A stretch of DNA of 64,000 bases, taken from an uncultured Flavobacteriales bacterium (GTDB lineage Bacteria > Bacteroidota > Bacteroidia > Flavobacteriales_E > Vicingaceae). The DNA lies in NCBI GenBank assembly GCA_963973975.1, contig CAXBCF010000017.1, positions 559 to 64,558 of the forward strand, in the 5' to 3' direction. Within the stretch, counting starts at the first letter, position 1. Each line of letters opens with the position of its first letter. Position numbers and translations under genes: made by a program. Shown in pieces: positions 59,095 to 64,000 of the stretch. The notes beneath the pieces were generated by a model. The model saw only the letters and a list, made by a program, of their open reading frames with translations, ran no database searches and was not told the DNA's origin.

Positions 59095-60735
59095 TTACCT
59101 AGTTGCTCTTGAATTTAAAAAATTGCTAATCGGCATACCCGTCGCGCCGTTTGGACTGCTTATTCCCAACAAAGTAGAAAGGGTAGGAGCAATGTCTTTA
59201 ATAGAAGTTAAGGTGTAATCTATCCCAGCTTTAGTGTTGAAACCGTACCAAATTAGCGGAACATGTGTGTCGTAAGAGAAAGGACTGCCGTGTGTTGTTC
59301 CTCCTTTTTCATTGTAACTTCCCAACCAACCTGGTTCAATTACAAAAAACAAATCACCACTTCTTTTAGAGTGGTATCCATTTGCAATTCGTTCACAAAT
59401 AGTTTTTTCACCAATGCACCAATTGTTAGCCGGGTCTGAAACAACTACAATTCCTTCAGTTAATTTTAAAAATTCCATGAAACTACTTTTCACTTCACTA
59501 AAATCTAAATTATTAGCATTTAGTTGCTCATAATCTATATAAACTTGCTCATTCGCAATGGCTTCAATTAAGTTGACTTGATACAATAATTCACTGTACT
59601 CTTCTAATTCTTTTTTTAATTCTTCGTTTTTAAAATATTGAGCACTACCATTTACATGAGCAGGAATGTCAGCAGCACCATGATCTGAAGTTAGTACAAT
59701 TAAAAACTCATTTTGCCCAACTTGAGTTTCTAAAAATTGAATAAGGTTCGCTAAATCTTGATCTAAGCGTAGGTAAGTATCTTCTATTTCAATTGAATGT
59801 GGTCCAAATTGATGGCCGATGTAGTCTGTTGAAGAAAAACTAATGCTCAAAAAGTCAGTGAACTTATCTTTACCTAAATCCTCGCCAATAATGGCTTTTT
59901 TCGCAAATTCAACGGTAAAGGTATTCCCATAAGGAGTATTTTTTACCATCCCGAGACCGTTTGCTTTGCTGAGCTCTTTTGTTTTGTGCGGGAAAACTGG
60001 CTTTTCCTCTCCTTTATATGCTTTTTCGAAAGGAACATCATCTGCTGTAGAAACAGTATAGGTTTCTATCGGATACAAAGTATTCCAATCTTGGTCTAAA
60101 TATTTTTTTGGCAGGTTTAACTGATTGAATTCATTTGCCCACTTTGGTAGTTCAGAGCGATAAAATGAGCTAGTTATAAATTTTGCTTCATCGCTATCAA
60201 ACCAATAAGCTCCATCAGTGAAATGACCCACAGGCAAAATTGCTCCACGATCTTTTATGGCAATTCCAATTGTTTTGGAGGCAGAATTTGCCATTTTTAA
60301 TTGCTCTGCAAATGTTGAGCTACGCAAGTTCTTTGGTGAATATTTTCCTGCATCACTTTTAGAACCAATTGTGTTAACTTCTTCATCAGAAACACAGTAC
60401 ATTTTCTTTTTTGAAACTCTGTCGTACCAATTGTTGGCTGCAATTCCATGTATTGCAGGAGTAGTTCCAGTTCCTAAGGTTGCATGCCCCACTCCGGTAA
60501 AAGTTGGCATGTAGCTGAAATGTGTATTTGCTTGGTAAAATCCTTCAGAAACTAATTTCTTAAAACCACCATCTCCATATCTAGCCCAATATTTTGAGAT
60601 ATAATCATACCTGAGTTGATCAATCGTTAAGAGAACAATCAGTTTTGGGTGTTTTTGATTTTGTGCAGTTACCGAAATTGATGAGAAAAGACAAAGAATC
60701 AAAGCAAAAGAAATTTGTTTTGAAATACTTTTCAT
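59095..60735 (-). CDS. Alkaline phosphatase / nucleotide pyrophosphatase superfamily enzyme (PafA-like)
   Basis: Signal peptide, LLTIDQLRYDY, TFTGVGHATLGTGTTPAIHGI (nucleophile Thr region), LTSDHGA and GGTTHGSPFSYDTHVPL. Confidence 0.85.
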   Translation of the reverse strand: MKSISKQISFALILCLFSSISVTAQNQKHPKLIVLLTIDQLRYDYISKYWARYGDGGFKKLVSEGFYQANTHFSYMPTFTGVGHATLGTGTTPAIHGIAANNWYDRVSKKKMYCVSDEEVNTIGSKSDAGKYSPKNLRSSTFAEQLKMANSASKTIGIAIKDRGAILPVGHFTDGAYWFDSDEAKFITSSFYRSELPKWANEFNQLNLPKKYLDQDWNTLYPIETYTVSTADDVPFEKAYKGEEKPVFPHKTKELSKANGLGMVKNTPYGNTFTVEFAKKAIIGEDLGKDKFTDFLSISFSSTDYIGHQFGPHSIEIEDTYLRLDQDLANLIQFLETQVGQNEFLIVLTSDHGAADIPAHVNGSAQYFKNEELKKELEEYSELLYQVNLIEAIANEQVYIDYEQLNANNLDFSEVKSSFMEFLKLTEGIVVVSDPANNWCIGEKTICERIANGYHSKRSGDLFFVIEPGWLGSYNEKGGTTHGSPFSYDTHVPLIWYGFNTKAGIDYTLTSIKDIAPTLSTLLGISSPNGATGMPISNFLNSRATR

Positions 60736-60746
60736 GGAATTTAAAA

Positions 60747-61874
60747 TTAAAATAAGTTCATAATTGACTGATATACCTCTTCGCGAATACCTGGATTGGC
60801 TCCCATTGCTAAACCGACTGAAATAATTAATCCTGCAAATGCAGAACCTACATCTTTTCCAATCATTCTTAAAGATTTTACTTTATGACTATTTCCTCTT
60901 TTGTTTCTAGCAATGCTTACAGCGATTTCTCTACCTCCAATAATTCCAAGAAATACCCAAGTTGTACTCAATGGAACGGTACTTATAAATAGCTTGTAAA
61001 TCAACAATAAAACATAGGTAAAATCAATTAAAGTCGCGGCACGAACATCTGAGATTCGAACTTTCTCACTTACCACCTTCTGAATTTTATCGCCTCTGAG
61101 GTAAAATAGAAATCCAAGACCTAAGAAGATAGTTGATGCAAAGATGATGAACTCAGTCAAACTTTGTTGTCTCGGTAGAAAAACAGCTATGTTTGCACCG
61201 TCTTGCATTACCCAAACCGCCCAAAGAGAACCACTTACTGTCCATTGAATAATTGTCCAAATTGGATGGTGTTTTCTAGATTTGAAATACTTTTTGATGA
61301 TGTTATATGAAAAGTACCACACAATGAATGATAGAATAAATGCCATTGCATAACCCGACATACTCTTGAATACCACAGATGTAATACCTCCTGAATCAGC
61401 ACTAAAAACGCTAAGTAAAAGAAATGTTGTAGAAACAGGCATTCTCAAGCGTGTTAATACTAAAAGTACTAGCGGTGCAATAATTTGGAAAAAGCTAAAA
61501 TTTTCAGGATGCGGATAATCTGTTTCTCCGTTTGGTTTTAACAAGCGCTGAAAAGTAACATCTCCGTCAAAATAAATCCAACTAAAAGTAACCGTTACTA
61601 AAAAGATAACTCCGACATAAAGCCATAGCGTCCACCATTTTTTTTTCTTATTACTTTCAATGAAAGTTCCAAGTGACTGAATGCTGTCATTTGCAACAGC
61701 AGCATAAGCTGCAAATAGAAATCCCAACCACATTGCCGCTCTACCGTAGCCAGTTGCAATTTGCGCAAGGATGGTACCAATAAGCACGATAATTAAAAAA
61801 TTACGCTCTCTGACGAGGAAATCCAAAACATTTAAATAGGGTCTGTTTCGGTCTGGGATTCTGTATTTACTCAC
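60747..61874 (-). CDS. Polytopic membrane protein of uncertain function (weak PiT/PHO4-like N-terminal motif)
   Basis: About 10 predicted TM helices. AAVANDSIQSLGTF faintly resembles the GANDVAN motif of PiT transporters. It ends 11 nt from the phosphatase gene start, on the same strand. Confidence 0.6.
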   Translation of the reverse strand: MSKYRIPDRNRPYLNVLDFLVRERNFLIIVLIGTILAQIATGYGRAAMWLGFLFAAYAAVANDSIQSLGTFIESNKKKKWWTLWLYVGVIFLVTVTFSWIYFDGDVTFQRLLKPNGETDYPHPENFSFFQIIAPLVLLVLTRLRMPVSTTFLLLSVFSADSGGITSVVFKSMSGYAMAFILSFIVWYFSYNIIKKYFKSRKHHPIWTIIQWTVSGSLWAVWVMQDGANIAVFLPRQQSLTEFIIFASTIFLGLGFLFYLRGDKIQKVVSEKVRISDVRAATLIDFTYVLLLIYKLFISTVPLSTTWVFLGIIGGREIAVSIARNKRGNSHKVKSLRMIGKDVGSAFAGLIISVGLAMGANPGIREEVYQSIMNLF

Positions 61875-62420
61875 ACTCCTTAGTAATTGCTTCCTAATTA
61901 TCGAATTGTTTATGAGTTGGTTTATATGCTCATAAACTTTAAAATTATTTCGAGTAAAAATCGGTCAAATAAGTCTTTACTCCATCCTGCAAAGATTAAA
62001 TTAATGTTATTATTTATTTCAATATTCATAATTGGATTTTTTTGTAACAAATCAGTATGCTATTACACTCTAAACTCAATATTTAAAACTAATACCACAT
62101 AGGAACATAGATTTATATAATCGCTAATGCTTAGAAGTTTCATTCAATGAAAATAAAGTAGATTATAGAAAAGAACTTTTGAACATAGTAATCTCTATGT
62201 AAAGCAAAGCTTCTATGATTTTCTTTTATATCAATTTAGTCATACATCCATTAAATATTTTACCAAGAGAGATTTAAACTATGTTACTATGTGGCTAAAA
62301 AGAATACTGATTAGTATAAGTTTTTTAGCTTCGCTAACATGTAATTCAAATCTACTTTTTACTTTAAACTTAAGTCACTTCAGACTATTAATTCTCAAAG
62401 TTGATCATTTTTAAGTCGAT

Positions 62421-63719
62421 TTAATATCCATATTTTTCTTGCCACAAACTCTTCAATCGCTTTCGTATTTCATTTTCTCTGGTATTTTCACCAGGAGAGT
62501 AGAATACTTTGTTCTGAATCTCATCAGGTAAAAAGTCTTGTTCTACAAAGTTGTTTGGAAAATCGTGTGCGTATTTATATTCTTTTCCATAGCCAATTTC
62601 TTTCATCAATTTGGTTGGTGCATTTCTCAAGGCAAGCGGGACAGGAAGGTTGCCACTTTCGCGAACTTCTGCTTGTGCATGATTGATCGCCATGTATGCC
62701 GCATTGCTTTTTGGAGAACTAGCTAAATATGTTACACATTGTGCTAATATAATGCGCGACTCAGGCCAACCAATCACATTTGTTGCTTGAAAACAATTAT
62801 TTGCAATCACCAAGGCAGTTGGATTGGCATTTCCAATGTCTTCAGCCGCTAAAATCAGTAAACGCCTGGCAATAAATTTTGCATCTTCACCACCTTCAAT
62901 CATTCTTGCCAACCAATAAACTCCCGCATTTGGATCACTGCCTCTAATGGATTTGATAAATGCTGAAATAATATCGTAATGCTGCTCCCCATCTTTGTCG
63001 TACCTAGCCAAATTTTGCTGAGCAATGCTTTTTACAAGCTCATCATTAATTTCTATCGTTTCAGTGTTTTGATTATTTACAACCAATTCCAATAAATTCA
63101 AGAGTTTGCGAGCATCACCACCTGAAAGTTGTAAAAGTGCATGCGTTTCCTTGATTACAATTTTTTTAGTCTTTAAAACGGTATCTTTTTTTATTGCATC
63201 ATTTACTAAACCCAATAATTCTTCTTTATTCAAAGGTTCTAAAGTGTAAACCTGGCAGCGACTTAATAATGCAGAAATTACTTCAAAAGAAGGGTTTTCA
63301 GTAGTTGCACCAATTAGAGTAATGGTTCCATTTTCAACTGCTCCTAGAAGTGAATCTTGCTGAGATTTACTGAATCGATGAATTTCATCAATGAATAAAA
63401 TGGGATTGTTGGTGCCAAAAAATTGCTGCTTTTTGGCTTTGTCTATCACTTCTCTAACATCTTTCACGCCTGAATTAATGGCACTTAAAGTGTAAAAAGG
63501 ACGATCAGTTGTATGGGCAATAATATTTGCCAAGGTAGTTTTACCAATGCCGGGACTTCCCCAAAGGATCATGGATGGAACCATTCCCTTTTCAATCAAG
63601 CTGCGCAAAATAGCCCCTTTTCCAACCAGTTTTTTCTGACCGATGTAATCGTCTAAAGACTTTGGTCGCATGCGCTCGGCTAGAGGAGTATTCATTTGTG
63701 TAAATATAATTTTAGACAA
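62421..63719 (-). CDS. rarA: Replication-associated recombination protein A (MgsA/RarA AAA+ ATPase)
   Basis: LAERMRPKSLDDYIGQ, Walker A WGSPGIGKTTLA, Walker B ILFIDEIHRFSK, GATTENPSFEV and C-terminal MgsA domain motifs (YWLARMIEGGEDAKFIARRL). Confidence 0.95.
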   Translation of the reverse strand: MSKIIFTQMNTPLAERMRPKSLDDYIGQKKLVGKGAILRSLIEKGMVPSMILWGSPGIGKTTLANIIAHTTDRPFYTLSAINSGVKDVREVIDKAKKQQFFGTNNPILFIDEIHRFSKSQQDSLLGAVENGTITLIGATTENPSFEVISALLSRCQVYTLEPLNKEELLGLVNDAIKKDTVLKTKKIVIKETHALLQLSGGDARKLLNLLELVVNNQNTETIEINDELVKSIAQQNLARYDKDGEQHYDIISAFIKSIRGSDPNAGVYWLARMIEGGEDAKFIARRLLILAAEDIGNANPTALVIANNCFQATNVIGWPESRIILAQCVTYLASSPKSNAAYMAINHAQAEVRESGNLPVPLALRNAPTKLMKEIGYGKEYKYAHDFPNNFVEQDFLPDEIQNKVFYSPGENTRENEIRKRLKSLWQEKYGY

Positions 63720-63725
63720 AAGTAC

Positions 63726-64000
63726 CTATTCATCTGTTCTTGTCCAGTTTCGAACATACTCAATTAATTCAGGAAAAAAGAGTTCGAATTCTGCAGCATA
63801 AAATAGATAATCTTTTTGTAAATCCAAATGAGCCATTTCCATTTTTGAATCGTACTTCGCACGACTTGCTAATCCACCCAATGCATGCTTCATTCCTTTA
63901 GTCGTTGCATAACCACACAACCAATCTCCTTGAATCATGTAGTGTAGAATTCGTTGTGACCTTTTTGGCATTTGCTCTTGTTGACTAATGAGTTTATCAT
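63726..64000 (-). CDS. Hypothetical protein, C-terminal part only (ORF runs off the window)
   Basis: The frame stays open upstream of the listed Met through base 64000 (…DKLISQQEQMPKRSQ…). It sits 6 nt upstream of rarA on the same strand. I recognised no family. Confidence 0.5.
   Translation of the reverse strand, partial: DKLISQQEQMPKRSQRILHYMIQGDWLCGYATTKGMKHALGGLASRAKYDSKMEMAHLDLQKDYLFYAAEFELFFPELIEYVRNWTRTDE

Noticed and set aside
61887-62102. 71-aa ORF in the rarA-proximal gap.
   Set aside because: The translation is Ile/Leu/Asn/Lys-rich, typical of AT-rich non-coding DNA. It has no motif and is divergent from both neighbours.

Overview
This is a low-GC Bacteroidota chromosomal window that looks Flavobacteriia-like: it has T9SS C-terminal sorting domains, a TAnnTTTG-type promoter box and a DUF3467 gene after rpoC.

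**Layout**
- 1-14.8 kb is core: tuf (3' part), tRNA-Trp, secE, nusG, rplK-rplA-rplJ-rplL, rpoB, rpoC and katG.
- 14.8-23.3 kb is the only clearly accessory segment, and my best candidate for something undescribed.
  - It holds two co-oriented genes: an apparently intact single-chain Type IIG restriction-modification enzyme and a 1243-aa STAND-type P-loop NTPase. The NTPase has an unassigned N-terminal domain and about 870 unassigned C-terminal residues.
  - The pair is bracketed by two direct copies of a ~75-nt double-hairpin repeat. The right copy belongs to an IS200/RAYT-type Y1-transposase unit. The left copy looks like a gene-less miniature of that unit.
  - The variable (target-recognition domain, TRD) part of the Type IIG gene and the whole NTPase gene are visibly more AT-rich than their surroundings.
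- 23.7-39.5 kb is a cobalamin-riboswitch-led corrinoid uptake locus with two beta-propeller surface proteins, a TonB-dependent receptor, a BtuF-like protein, a PP-loop ATPase and a BtuFCD-like ABC system. A 1893-aa repeat protein splits it, and it runs directly into a glycosyltransferase/methyltransferase/glycosyltransferase trio.
- The remainder holds gcvT, a comB-like gene and an S1/P1-like nuclease. A LytTR two-component system sits beside a 4xLamG T9SS protein, and both upstream regions share a ~30-nt direct-repeat element.
- Further downstream are a dihydroorotase-like gene lacking the HxH motif, a BatA-like gene, small lipoproteins including a Bor homologue, a PQQ sugar dehydrogenase, a PafA-like phosphatase, rarA and a truncated ORF.

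I saw no rRNA, CRISPR array or integrase.

**Limits:** all calls come from reading motifs by eye. No database search, HMM or folding program was run, and the GC figures are hand counts of sampled lines.
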